64,000 nucleotides of DNA from Candidatus Aminicenantes bacterium (GTDB lineage Bacteria; Acidobacteriota; Aminicenantia; Aminicenantales; Aminicenantaceae): the NCBI GenBank assembly GCA_011773465.1, contig WVXO01000012.1, positions 71,561 to 135,560 on the forward strand, given 5' to 3'. Under the pieces are notes generated by a model, which did no database searches, was not told the origin of the DNA, and was given only the letters and a program-made list of their open reading frames with translations. Made by a program: the position numbers and the translations under genes. How positions within the stretch are numbered: the first letter of the stretch is position 1; the number at the start of each line of letters is the position of its first letter. Shown here piece after piece: positions 1 to 8,771 of the stretch.

Positions 1-182
1 TTATTGCTGAAAGAGGGCTCGATCACCCCTCTTTCAAGAGGGAAAATAAAATGATTTTTGATTTTTCCTTCTTTGGAAGAAACATGAATTCCGCTCAAAT
101 AATGAGAAGTTAACTGAATAGCCGAGCGGGGAAGGAGCTGCCGTACGAAATAATTCCTAATTTTATCTGTAAAAAAGGCCAT
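1..182 (-). CDS. 5' part of a gene running off the window; possibly a PilM-like pilus assembly protein
   Basis: ATG at 182-180 lies 4 nt after the pilB stop, and the frame stays open to position 1 (MAFFTDKIRNYFVRQLLPRSAIQLTSHYLSGIHVSSKEGKIKNHFIFPLERGVIEPSF...). It is absent from the ORF track because no stop is in the window. Support is only its position after pilC-pilB and a loose resemblance to PilM N-termini. Confidence 0.3.
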   Translation of the reverse strand, partial: MAFFTDKIRNYFVRQLLPRSAIQLTSHYLSGIHVSSKEGKIKNHFIFPLERGVIEPSFSN

Positions 183-186
183 CCTC

Positions 187-1809
187 TCACTCTACAAAAG
201 TAACTTTGTTTAGCTCCTTAAGGCTTGTTACTCCTTTCAAGACTTTCTCTTCCATTCCCACTTCTCTTAGAAAAATCATACCTTCGCTCTTGGCTCTCTT
301 TTTCACTTCAGAAAGAGGTCTTTTCTCCAGGATCATCTCTCGAATCTCATCAGAGAGTTCGAGTAACTCGGCTATAGCTGTTCTTCCCATGTAGCCTGTG
401 TGGTAACATGCATCACAGCCAGGAGTTTCATAAAATAGCCGATCCTTGTATTTTTGGGGACTGAGCCCGGATTCAAGCAACTGTTTGCGCTTGTATTTAA
501 GAGGAGTCTTGCATACAGGGCAGAGGACTCTAACCAGCCTCTGAGCCAGGATACAATTCAGAGCTGAAATAAAACTGTAAGGATCGACTTTCATATGGAG
601 GAAGCGCCCTATGACATCGAAAACATTATTGGCGTGAACTGTTGTGAATACCAGGTGCCCAGTCAAAGCAGATTGGATGGCAATCTGAGCGGTTTCAGGA
701 TCTCTGATCTCCCCGACCATAATCTTATCCGGATCATGCCTTAAGATAGACCTCAGGCCTCGAGCAAAGGTAAGCCCTTTTTTTTCGTTAACAGGTATCT
801 GGGTGATTCCATCTATTTGGTATTCTACAGGGTCCTCGATAGTAACGATTTTATCCTCCGGAGTCCTTATCTCTGTCAGAGCTGCATATAAAGTGGTTGT
901 TTTTCCGCTTCCTGTCGGGCCGGTCACAAGAACCATCCCGTAAGGCTGGGTGATATACCTTCTGAAATTACCGAGGACATTATCTGAAAAACCGAGCAAA
1001 TCCATCCTTAATTCGGATATGGCCGCGGTGATCATCTCTTTATCAAGAATTCTGATAACAGCATCTTCACCATAGATGCTGGGCATGATGGAGATACGAA
1101 AATCGATGGTTTTGTCCTTGATTCTCAGCCTGAACCTTCCATCCTGCGGAACCCTTCGTTCGGCAATATCAAGGTCAGACATAACTTTGATTCTGGAGAT
1201 GATGGACGATTGAAATTTCTTATCAATCGGCTCCATGGCTTTGCTTAAAACTCCATCGATGCGGTACTTGACGATAATACCTTCTTCTTTTGATTCAACA
1301 TGAACGTCGCTGGCTCTTTTCTGAACAGCTGTGAAAATAATGGAGTTGACCAGCTTAATGATGGAGCCATCCTGTTCGGTCAGCGTCTCTACAGATATAA
1401 CTTCTTCTTCTTCGCCTCCTTCTTTCTCCACGACCTTCATGATGAATCCTTCAGTCGCGTCCCTGAGGACTTGGAGCGCAGTTTCAGTTTTTCGCAGAGC
1501 TTCGTTGATAGCAGTCTTGGAAGCTGCATAAACCTCCACTTTTCTCCCCAAATAAGATTCGATAGCATCTATGGTTGCGATATCAGAAGGATCAGCTATA
1601 GCCACTTTCACAATATTGTTTTTCTCTTCAAAAGGTATAAAAGTCGACCGATGAAGAAAGTCAACAGGAAAAGACTGAACAAGCTCGCGGCTCAAGTTGC
1701 TTGATGAAAGATCTATATAGGGAACATTGTATCTCTCAGCTAATTTTTTAGTTTTCTCTTCTTCAGAGAGAAAAGCCTGCTCTGATTCTTTTTTTTCAAT
1801 TTTAGCCAT
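187..1809 (-). CDS. pilB: Type IV pilus / type II secretion assembly ATPase (GspE/PilB family)
   Basis: 540 aa with Walker A GPTGSGKTTT, an N-terminal GSPII_E-like domain, a tetracysteine CPVC...CDAC motif, and a start/stop overlap with pilC. Confidence 0.9.
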   Translation of the reverse strand: MAKIEKKESEQAFLSEEEKTKKLAERYNVPYIDLSSSNLSRELVQSFPVDFLHRSTFIPFEEKNNIVKVAIADPSDIATIDAIESYLGRKVEVYAASKTAINEALRKTETALQVLRDATEGFIMKVVEKEGGEEEEVISVETLTEQDGSIIKLVNSIIFTAVQKRASDVHVESKEEGIIVKYRIDGVLSKAMEPIDKKFQSSIISRIKVMSDLDIAERRVPQDGRFRLRIKDKTIDFRISIMPSIYGEDAVIRILDKEMITAAISELRMDLLGFSDNVLGNFRRYITQPYGMVLVTGPTGSGKTTTLYAALTEIRTPEDKIVTIEDPVEYQIDGITQIPVNEKKGLTFARGLRSILRHDPDKIMVGEIRDPETAQIAIQSALTGHLVFTTVHANNVFDVIGRFLHMKVDPYSFISALNCILAQRLVRVLCPVCKTPLKYKRKQLLESGLSPQKYKDRLFYETPGCDACYHTGYMGRTAIAELLELSDEIREMILEKRPLSEVKKRAKSEGMIFLREVGMEEKVLKGVTSLKELNKVTFVE

Positions 1810-3017
1810 TATCTTATCACTCTTATTATATTGAAAATTGGCAGATAAACAGAGAGAAGCATCGCTGCTACGATCAAGCCCATAAAAATGATAACTATCG
1901 GCTCAATCAGGGATACAAAAGTGTCAATTCTTGTTTGTATTCTCTCATCGTAGTAATCAGACACATCGTTCAACATGCCTTCCAGATTGGCTGATGTCTC
2001 TCCTATCCGAATCATATCAAGAGAAAGGGGCGGGAAAAAGTCTATCCTGGAGAGGGATTCAGATAAGCTTTTTCCGTCTTTTATAAGCTCGGGCAATTGC
2101 CTGCTTTTCTTGAGGATGAAATGATTGGGAACAGCATTATTGGCAAGGACCACGGCTGAGACAAGAGAAATTCCTGCCTCAAGGAGAAGACCCAGTGTCC
2201 GAGAAAAAAGCGAGACTCCCGACTCTACCAAGATTGAGCCTGCATAGGGAATTCTAAGCTTGATTCTATCGCGAATAACAAGGGTTTTTTCCTTCCTCTT
2301 CAGCAGGGAATAGATTAGATACAGTAAAAATATAAAAGCAATCAAAAAAGGAAAATTTGCTCTCAAAGACTGAGAAAAAGATAAGAGTCCACGGGTTATG
2401 GCTGGGAGTTCAGTCTCAAAATCAGCATAAAAAGTCGTAAAACGAGGCAGGATAAAATTGAGCAAGATCATGAGGAGAATAAAGGCAAACAGAATAAGAA
2501 GAGTCGGGTAAGTCAGAGCAGACCTTATCCTTGCTTTAGTCTGGGAAATAACTTTTTGATAATCAATGTAACGGTTAATTGTACCAGCTAAGTTTCCGCT
2601 CCGCTCCCCTGCCATAAGAGAGGCAATATAAACCTGAGAGAAATTCTTCTTATAGGGGGCAAACGCTTCTGAGAGAGACTTTCCTCCCCGGATTTCATTC
2701 TCGACTTTCATCAATAATTCTTTAAGGTGGATATTCTTAACCCGCTTCACTATGATTTGGATGCATTTGAGTATGGGATAACCCGCCTTGATAAGAGCCA
2801 CAAGCTCTTGATTAATCATGATGAAGTCCCTATCTTTAATCTTCTTTTCAAAAGGAAGGACAGGAATCTTGATCTTCTTCCAATCTCTCTTGACAGATAA
2901 GACACAAAATCCCTCTTCCTCGAAATGCTTTCTGCATTCTTCAAAAGAAGAGGCAAGAAAAGATTGAGAAACAATGTTTCCCTCTTCAGTGGCCAATCGA
3001 CAAAGAAAATAAGGCAT
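1809..3017 (-). CDS. pilC: Type IV pilus / T2SS platform protein (GspF/PilC family)
   Basis: 402 aa with duplicated GspF-type domains and three hydrophobic spans. It is translationally coupled to pilB. Confidence 0.9.
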   Translation of the reverse strand: MPYFLCRLATEEGNIVSQSFLASSFEECRKHFEEEGFCVLSVKRDWKKIKIPVLPFEKKIKDRDFIMINQELVALIKAGYPILKCIQIIVKRVKNIHLKELLMKVENEIRGGKSLSEAFAPYKKNFSQVYIASLMAGERSGNLAGTINRYIDYQKVISQTKARIRSALTYPTLLILFAFILLMILLNFILPRFTTFYADFETELPAITRGLLSFSQSLRANFPFLIAFIFLLYLIYSLLKRKEKTLVIRDRIKLRIPYAGSILVESGVSLFSRTLGLLLEAGISLVSAVVLANNAVPNHFILKKSRQLPELIKDGKSLSESLSRIDFFPPLSLDMIRIGETSANLEGMLNDVSDYYDERIQTRIDTFVSLIEPIVIIFMGLIVAAMLLSVYLPIFNIIRVIR

Positions 3018-3128
3018 CGCTCTTAAATTTTGTAAGTTTCTCTTACTGTTTAGATATTAGTAAATATTAGGTCATCCTCTGGTTTTTGTCAAATCCAGTA
3101 ACCTGTAAGCAAAGTGTAGAACAGGGAT

Positions 3129-3244
3129 AAAAAGTGGACAGGCTACTTTTTTCAAAGAAGGGACTGTCACTTTTTCCTTTCCGTTTACAAGCAAGATAGG
3201 GAATCTCCTTATTATGTTCCAAAAAAGTAGCCTGCCCCATTTTT
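3129..3244. repeat. Inverted pair of the A-tract/GGACAGGCTAC/T-tract motif
   Basis: aaaaagtggacaggctactttttt at 3129-3152 and aaaaaagtagcctgccccattttt at 3221-3244 are reverse complements at about 19 of 24 positions. A smaller hairpin gggactgtcac (3160-3170) lies between them. Confidence 0.6.
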
Positions 3245-3693
3245 GCAAGAATCTGTGTCTAAAAACCTTATTCTCAATTTGCATCATAGAGCTAGGCTCC
3301 TGTATCTAGCTAAAACTAATAAAAATACCCATATAAGTAAATAGCCCTTAAAGATGAATCACATAATGACTTTTCCCCTTTTTTTCTCACCTGAAAAGAT
3401 GATTTATTCTCACCATCTCATGTATGCCTGAAAGGGCTAGGAAGAAGCCCTTGAGATTAATATTCACAGCAAATAAAATGCTAGTATTTTTAAGCTAAGA
3501 AAGCATGGAAACAAGATGAATATAATCCTTTTATTTTCAAAAAATTTAAGAGAAGAAGAAGAGAAATTAAAAGAGATACCTAATCTTGAATTCCAGAAAA
3601 AATTCCATAAAAATAAATATGGAAATAAATTTATAAAAAAAGGATGCACCTTCGCTGACCTTTTGTTTTTCCAAAATGTCTACCTCTGAGCCT

Positions 3694-3773
3694 GGGGTCA
3701 GACCTTGCCATCTGGAAATGTGCCTTCCCTGCCTTTTGCCCGTAAAGCATTTATTTGGATAAGGCCTGACCCC
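3694..3773. repeat. Inverted repeat GGGGTCAGACC / GGCCTGACCCC
   Basis: Arms at 3694-3704 and 3763-3773 (1 mismatch), 58 nt apart. The same motif occurs as a perfect 13-bp pair at 41382-41394 / 41449-41461. Confidence 0.5.
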
Positions 3774-3793
3774 GAAAACGGCCTGGGAAAAAG

Positions 3794-3822
3794 TTGACAA
3801 AAGATGAAGAAAGATTTATCTT
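3794..3822 (+). promoter_or_regulatory. Candidate sigma-70 promoter TTGACA-N17-TATCTT; would give a near-leaderless transcript
   Basis: TTGACA at 3794-3799, a 17-nt spacer, then TATCTT at 3817-3822. The ATG of the next ORF is at 3829, only 6 nt after the -10 box. Confidence 0.3.
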
Positions 3823-3828
3823 AAGAAA

Positions 3829-4113
3829 ATGAAAAAGAAGGTTTTACCAGGAGTATTTTTTATCCTCCTCATCTCTCTCACTTTCACTTCCCCCGGCGAC
3901 CTCTCTTCAAAGGGTTTATTCCTTGGTAAAAGTGCAGCTGCTAACCCGCAGGATGTCCCAGTTAAAAAGCCCAAGTATGATTATATGAGCACAATTCTCT
4001 CCAGGAACACAAAACCTTTGGGATTAAAAGAAGATCCAGAATTGGCGAAATTGCTGAAGCAACCCGGTATCAAATGGGCAATAAGGGTAGGAAAAAAACA
4101 TATTTTGGACTGA
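3829..4113 (+). CDS. Small secreted hypothetical protein
   Basis: 94 aa with an N-terminal signal-like segment MKKKVLPGVFFILLISLTFTSPG. It ends 24 nt upstream of the kinase gene. No recognisable domain. Confidence 0.5.
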   Translation: MKKKVLPGVFFILLISLTFTSPGDLSSKGLFLGKSAAANPQDVPVKKPKYDYMSTILSRNTKPLGLKEDPELAKLLKQPGIKWAIRVGKKHILD

Positions 4114-4137
4114 GGTACCCATATATTTTTTGCCAAA

Positions 4138-7020
4138 ATGATTCAATTTTTTGGATTATCTGAAAAACAGAAAGAAGGTTATTTCGAGAAAATAAAAATC
4201 TATCTGGCAATCCTTCCTGTTTTCATTCTCCTTGTCCTGGGAGGATTGAATATTTATAAAAAAATCACCTGGAAAGAGCCGAATGATGGAGTTTTCTGGG
4301 ATAAAAGACCTGAGGGTTTAACCGCATTAATTGTCGAAGTCAACAGCCCTGCCTATCTGCATGGCATCAAAAAAGGAGACATTCTTTACTCTATCAATAA
4401 CGCTCCGACAAAAAACAAAATAGACGTCTCAAAGATATTATGGGCGGCGGGACGTTCGGAACTAAAAGTTACCTACGAAATCGCAAGAGGAGGCGAGATC
4501 ATTTTTCCCTCCTTCTATTTACGCGAAAAAGGTGTTAATCCCATTTATTTCTTTCTTGCTCTTATTGGCTTTACCACTCTGATTATAGGATTGATTATTT
4601 TTCTCACTTCTAAAAAACCCTTATCCATGCCCTATGTCTATTTTTATTTCGTATGTTTGTGTTTTTGTTCGTTCTATATTTTCTCTCCCACAGGAGAGCT
4701 GAATGTCTTGGACAGTCTCTTTTACTGGCTTGACAAGTCAGCTTTCCTGGTTTTCCCCCCGTTGTTACTTTACTTCTTTTTAATTTTCCCTCAAAGAAAA
4801 AAATTCTTTAATAATAGGCTATCTTCAATTTCTATCTTGTATCTCCCGGCTGTGTTACTCTTTTTAACAAAAATACTACTTCATCTTCCCTTGTTCAAAA
4901 ATTTGAGTGACGTTTTTGTCCTTCAATTGCACCAAACATCAGAAAAATTAGACCTCCTCCATTTTGCTCTTTTTTCGATCATGACCTTGGTGATTATCCT
5001 CCAAAGCACGTTTAAACCTTCAAACCTTTTGCTCAAGAAACAATTAAAGTGGATCGTCTATGGCCTTGCCATTGGAATCATTCCCTTCACCCTTTTCTAC
5101 ATCATACCTTTTATGCTTGGCCAGGTTCCCTCAAAGGCGGCAGAGCTCACCGTTATTCTCCAGGTTCTCATTCCTCTGACCTTTTCTTACTCAATCTCCA
5201 GAGAGAGACTTATGGAATTTGAGCTGCTGCTCAAAAAAGCGTTCGCCCTTATCCTCTCTTCTGTTGTTCTGGCCACTGTTTATTTTATCGTCAGCTCGCA
5301 AACGAGAGTCTCGGTAGAAGACAGGCTCAATTACCTCATCCTGGGAGTCCTGGCTATAATTCTAGGAGCGACGCTCTTCCCTCCGTTAAAAAAGCTTTTC
5401 CAAACCATCCTGGATAAAGCTTTTTACAAGCGAAGTTATAAATATCGCAGAACTCTTCTCTCGATAAGTAAAGAACTTAGTCGAGAGAGAAATCTTCAAA
5501 AACTCTCTCAATCTCTTTTGGAATTGATTGCAAATGCCCTCTCTCTCAAGTGCATTGCCCTTCTCCTGCCCGATGACAACCAAAAAAACTCTTTCTATAT
5601 CCTGAAATCCAGGGGCAAATTGCCTATTTCCAGAACAAAAATCACTTTTGATGCCCAACTTTACAAAAGCTTAAAGGAAAGAGAGTTTCTTTCTTTTTAC
5701 TCCTTTGTTGAAACAGAGGAGCTGCAAAGAAAGTTTGAGAAGCTTTCTTCGTCTGGCTTTTTCCATTATCTGCCCTTAAAAGTCGAGGATAAGCTTATCG
5801 GCTGTCTGGGAATGGGGAAAAAAGAAGATAATACTTTCCTCACCAGTGAAGACTGGGAAATTATGACAACCATATCTTCCCCCGTAGCCTTGGCTTTAGA
5901 AAATGCTTATCTTTACAGTCAGGCCAGAATAAGGGCTGTGGAACTGGAAAGGCTCAAGGAATACAGCGAAAATATTATTGAAAGTCTAACAGTGGGAGTG
6001 GCAGTGTTAGATAAGAAAGGAAAGATCATAGGATGGAATCGGGTGCTCGAAGAAACTCTTTCCAGAAAAAAAGAAGAGGTTTTGAACAAAAACTTAATTA
6101 AAGTATTAGGACCTAAGAACTATTCAGCCCTTTTTCCCTCTGATACTGACAAGGACTTCCGGCTCTTGAGCGAGATCACCCTGGATATCCCTCCCGGAGA
6201 GAAAAAAATATTCGATATTGCCAAAACTCCTCTTTTGGATAACGAAATGAATCCATACGGAACAGTCGTCGTCTTTGATGATATAACAGAAAAAATATCT
6301 CTTCAGCAGCAGCTACTCACATCAGAAAAGTTGGCCTCGATCGGCCTCCTTTCGGCTGGAGTCGCTCATGAAATCAACACTCCCCTGACAGGAATTTCAA
6401 GCTATGTCCAAATACTTCAAAAGAAACTTTCTAACTCTAGCCACTCTCAGATCCTGGGAAAGATTGAAGCCCAAACTGAAAGGGTAGCCAGAATAATTAA
6501 AAACCTGCTCAACTTTGCCCGGATGCCTTCAGAGTCTTCCTTTCATCGAGTAAACCTCAAGGAGAGTCTCGAGGAGATTATATCTCTGATTGAATATAAA
6601 CTAAAAACCATGAGCATAAACCTAGAGTTAAATCTTTCTCCTGTGAAACCTCTGTGGGGAGAAGGAGAGAGACTCCAGCAGGTCTTTATCAACATTATCC
6701 TCAACGCCATCGATGCCATGCCCAAAGGAGGAACCCTCAAAATCGAACTCAGTAAATTGAATAATGAGGCTATCATAAAAATAAAGGACACCGGAACTGG
6801 TATTAAAGATCAACACTTGCCCCATATCTTTGATCCATTTTTTACCACAAAAGGGAGCGGAAAAGGGACTGGCCTTGGCTTGTCCATCAGCTATGCTATT
6901 ATTCAAGAGCATGAAGGGCATATTGCTGCAGAAAGCGAGAGCGGAAAAGGTTCTACTTTCACGATTTATCTTCCTATGGATTTAGATAAGAGAAAGTTAG
7001 ATAAATTTACTGTTTCATAA
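4138..7020 (+). CDS. Sensor histidine kinase: TM, PDZ-like loop, polytopic membrane block, GAF, PAS, HisKA, HATPase_c
   Basis: 960 aa with a PDZ-like signature GLTALIVEVNSPAYLHGIKKGDILYSINN after TM1 and about 8 further hydrophobic helices. H-box is SAGVAHEINTPL; the ATPase N/G boxes are NAIDAM, DTGTGI and GKGTGLGLS. Confidence 0.9.
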   Translation: MIQFFGLSEKQKEGYFEKIKIYLAILPVFILLVLGGLNIYKKITWKEPNDGVFWDKRPEGLTALIVEVNSPAYLHGIKKGDILYSINNAPTKNKIDVSKILWAAGRSELKVTYEIARGGEIIFPSFYLREKGVNPIYFFLALIGFTTLIIGLIIFLTSKKPLSMPYVYFYFVCLCFCSFYIFSPTGELNVLDSLFYWLDKSAFLVFPPLLLYFFLIFPQRKKFFNNRLSSISILYLPAVLLFLTKILLHLPLFKNLSDVFVLQLHQTSEKLDLLHFALFSIMTLVIILQSTFKPSNLLLKKQLKWIVYGLAIGIIPFTLFYIIPFMLGQVPSKAAELTVILQVLIPLTFSYSISRERLMEFELLLKKAFALILSSVVLATVYFIVSSQTRVSVEDRLNYLILGVLAIILGATLFPPLKKLFQTILDKAFYKRSYKYRRTLLSISKELSRERNLQKLSQSLLELIANALSLKCIALLLPDDNQKNSFYILKSRGKLPISRTKITFDAQLYKSLKEREFLSFYSFVETEELQRKFEKLSSSGFFHYLPLKVEDKLIGCLGMGKKEDNTFLTSEDWEIMTTISSPVALALENAYLYSQARIRAVELERLKEYSENIIESLTVGVAVLDKKGKIIGWNRVLEETLSRKKEEVLNKNLIKVLGPKNYSALFPSDTDKDFRLLSEITLDIPPGEKKIFDIAKTPLLDNEMNPYGTVVVFDDITEKISLQQQLLTSEKLASIGLLSAGVAHEINTPLTGISSYVQILQKKLSNSSHSQILGKIEAQTERVARIIKNLLNFARMPSESSFHRVNLKESLEEIISLIEYKLKTMSINLELNLSPVKPLWGEGERLQQVFINIILNAIDAMPKGGTLKIELSKLNNEAIIKIKDTGTGIKDQHLPHIFDPFFTTKGSGKGTGLGLSISYAIIQEHEGHIAAESESGKGSTFTIYLPMDLDKRKLDKFTVS

Positions 7021-7029
7021 ATCAAGAAA

Positions 7030-8412
7030 ATGACTCAAAAAGGAATGATCCATATTATCGACGACGAACCCATCATCCATGAAGTATTGGGCGATCTCTT
7101 ATCCTCAGAAGGCTACGAGGTAGAAAATTCTTCAAGCGGGGAAGAAGCTCTTGATAAACATTCTTCCTCATCCTTTGAACTTGTTCTTCTGGATTTGCTT
7201 CTGCCTGGAATGGACGGAATAGAGGTCCTCAAAAAATTGAAAAAAATCGATCCAAACGCTGTAATTATCATAATAACAGCCTTTGCCTCAGTGGAATCAG
7301 CTATCTCTGCTATGAAAATCGGAGCATATGATTATATCCAGAAGCCCTTCAAGCACGATGAATTGCTTTTGACGGTAAAAAGAGCAATAGAGCATAGAAA
7401 GCTTCAAGAAGAAAACATACGGTTGAAAGATGAACTCCAGAGAAAGTTCAGTTTTGAAAACATCATCGGAAAAAGCGAAGTCATGAAAAATGTATTCGAA
7501 ACAGTCAAGGCCTCTGCCCCTACCCGAAGCACGATTTTGCTTCAAGGTGAAAGTGGAACAGGTAAAGAGCTAGTCGCGAGAGCCATTCACCAAAACAGCG
7601 ACCGGAAAAATTCCCCCTTCGTAGTCGTAAACAGCGGCTCTCTTCCCCCGGACCTGTTGGAAAGCCATCTTTTTGGCCACGTAAAGGGGGCCTTCACTGG
7701 AGCTGTAAGCAGCAAAAAGGGTCTTTTTGAAGCGGCTGAGAAAGGAACAATATTCTTTGATGAAATATCTTCTCTCAATATGGAAACTCAATCGAAATTG
7801 CTACGAGTTATGCAGGATAGAGAATTCATGAGATTAGGGGGGACAAAAACAATTAGAGTCGATGTCAGGGTCATTGCCGCTACTAACGCAGATTTGGAGG
7901 AGCTAATCAGTGAAAAGAAGTTTCGGGAAGACCTCTTCTACCGCTTGAACGTCATCAAAATAGAGCTGCCATTGCTAAAAGAAAGAAAAGATGATATTCC
8001 ACTTCTGGTTAAACATTTCTTAGATACGTATGGTAAAGAAAATAAAAAAGAAATCCTTGGTGTCACTGAAGACGTCATGGAGACACTTATAAATTACGAT
8101 TGGCCAGGAAATATAAGAGAACTGGAAAACCTTATCGAGAGAGCTGTTGTTCTGACTAAGTCCAAACTCATTTCCAGGGTGAGTCTCCCTCCTTTCCTCC
8201 TCGCTCCTCAGGAAGAAACCAGAGCAGCGGCCTCTATAAACAACGAGCTCAATCTCAAGGAAAATATTCAAACATTCCAGAAAAAGGCTATCATCAGCGC
8301 CTTAAAGCAAGCAAAAGGAATACAGAAAAAAGCTGCTAACCTCTTGGGACTTAAGCCCACCACTTTGAATGAGATGATCAAGAGGTTAAATATAGATATC
8401 TCGAACCTATAA
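7030..8412 (+). CDS. Sigma-54-dependent response regulator (REC, AAA+ and Fis-type HTH; NtrC/PilR-like)
   Basis: 460 aa with REC acidic residues (IIDDE...LLDLLLPGMDG), Walker A GESGTGKE, a GAFTGA loop, an ESHLFGH-type motif and a C-terminal HTH (AANLLGLKPTTL). Confidence 0.92.
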   Translation: MTQKGMIHIIDDEPIIHEVLGDLLSSEGYEVENSSSGEEALDKHSSSSFELVLLDLLLPGMDGIEVLKKLKKIDPNAVIIIITAFASVESAISAMKIGAYDYIQKPFKHDELLLTVKRAIEHRKLQEENIRLKDELQRKFSFENIIGKSEVMKNVFETVKASAPTRSTILLQGESGTGKELVARAIHQNSDRKNSPFVVVNSGSLPPDLLESHLFGHVKGAFTGAVSSKKGLFEAAEKGTIFFDEISSLNMETQSKLLRVMQDREFMRLGGTKTIRVDVRVIAATNADLEELISEKKFREDLFYRLNVIKIELPLLKERKDDIPLLVKHFLDTYGKENKKEILGVTEDVMETLINYDWPGNIRELENLIERAVVLTKSKLISRVSLPPFLLAPQEETRAAASINNELNLKENIQTFQKKAIISALKQAKGIQKKAANLLGLKPTTLNEMIKRLNIDISNL

Positions 8413-8441
8413 TTGCAAAAGAGGGGAAGAGAAAAAGGAAG

Positions 8442-8466
8442 AAAAAAAGGGACAGGCTACTTTTTT
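8442..8466 (+). repeat. A-tract/GGACAGGCTAC/T-tract motif copy
   Basis: Sequence aaaaaaagggacaggctactttttt. It is related to copies at 3129 (+), 3221 (-), 8505 (+) and 8753 (-). Confidence 0.6.
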
Positions 8467-8474
8467 AAAAGGTG

Positions 8475-8493
8475 GATTTGATAAATCAAACTC
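8475..8493. repeat. TTGATAAATCAA-core palindrome, degenerate copy
   Basis: Sequence gatttgataaatcaaactc. It has the same core as the palindromes at 62583-62602 and 62617-62640. Confidence 0.5.
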
Positions 8494-8555
8494 GTAAAAG
8501 ATATAAAAAAGTGGACAGGTGTACTAGCTCAATAATTCAGTAACGATTTTATAAT

Positions 8556-8634
8556 GTCATTGCGAACGGAGTGAAGCAATCTCATAAAAAAAGCATTTTC
8601 CCCTAAGAGATTGCCGCGCTTCGCTCGCAATGAC
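8556..8634. repeat. Inverted repeat with 28-bp arms (GTCATTGCGA...GCAATCTC)
   Basis: Left arm 8556-8583 is gtcattgcgaacggagtgaagcaatctc. Right arm 8607-8634 is gagattgccgcgcttcgctcgcaatgac. 23 of 28 positions are complementary by manual alignment, with a 23-nt loop. Confidence 0.7.
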
Positions 8635-8771
8635 ACTTTTGCCTTCAATATCCTTACCAAAGTGTAACCTAATTACTGAGCATAACCAACAGGTCCGTTC
8701 TTTATCCAAAAAGTTATTATAACCTGCAAAACAGAAAAAGATGCCTGAATAGAAAAAGAGGCCTGTCCCCA

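Noticed and set aside
3516-3692. 58-aa ORF (MNIILLFSKNLREEEEKLKEIPNLEFQKKFHKNKYGNKFIKKGCTFADLLFFQNVYL) in the long spacer
   Set aside because: It has no RBS, a low-complexity AT-driven composition and no motif. It cannot be distinguished from a chance ORF in AT-rich DNA.
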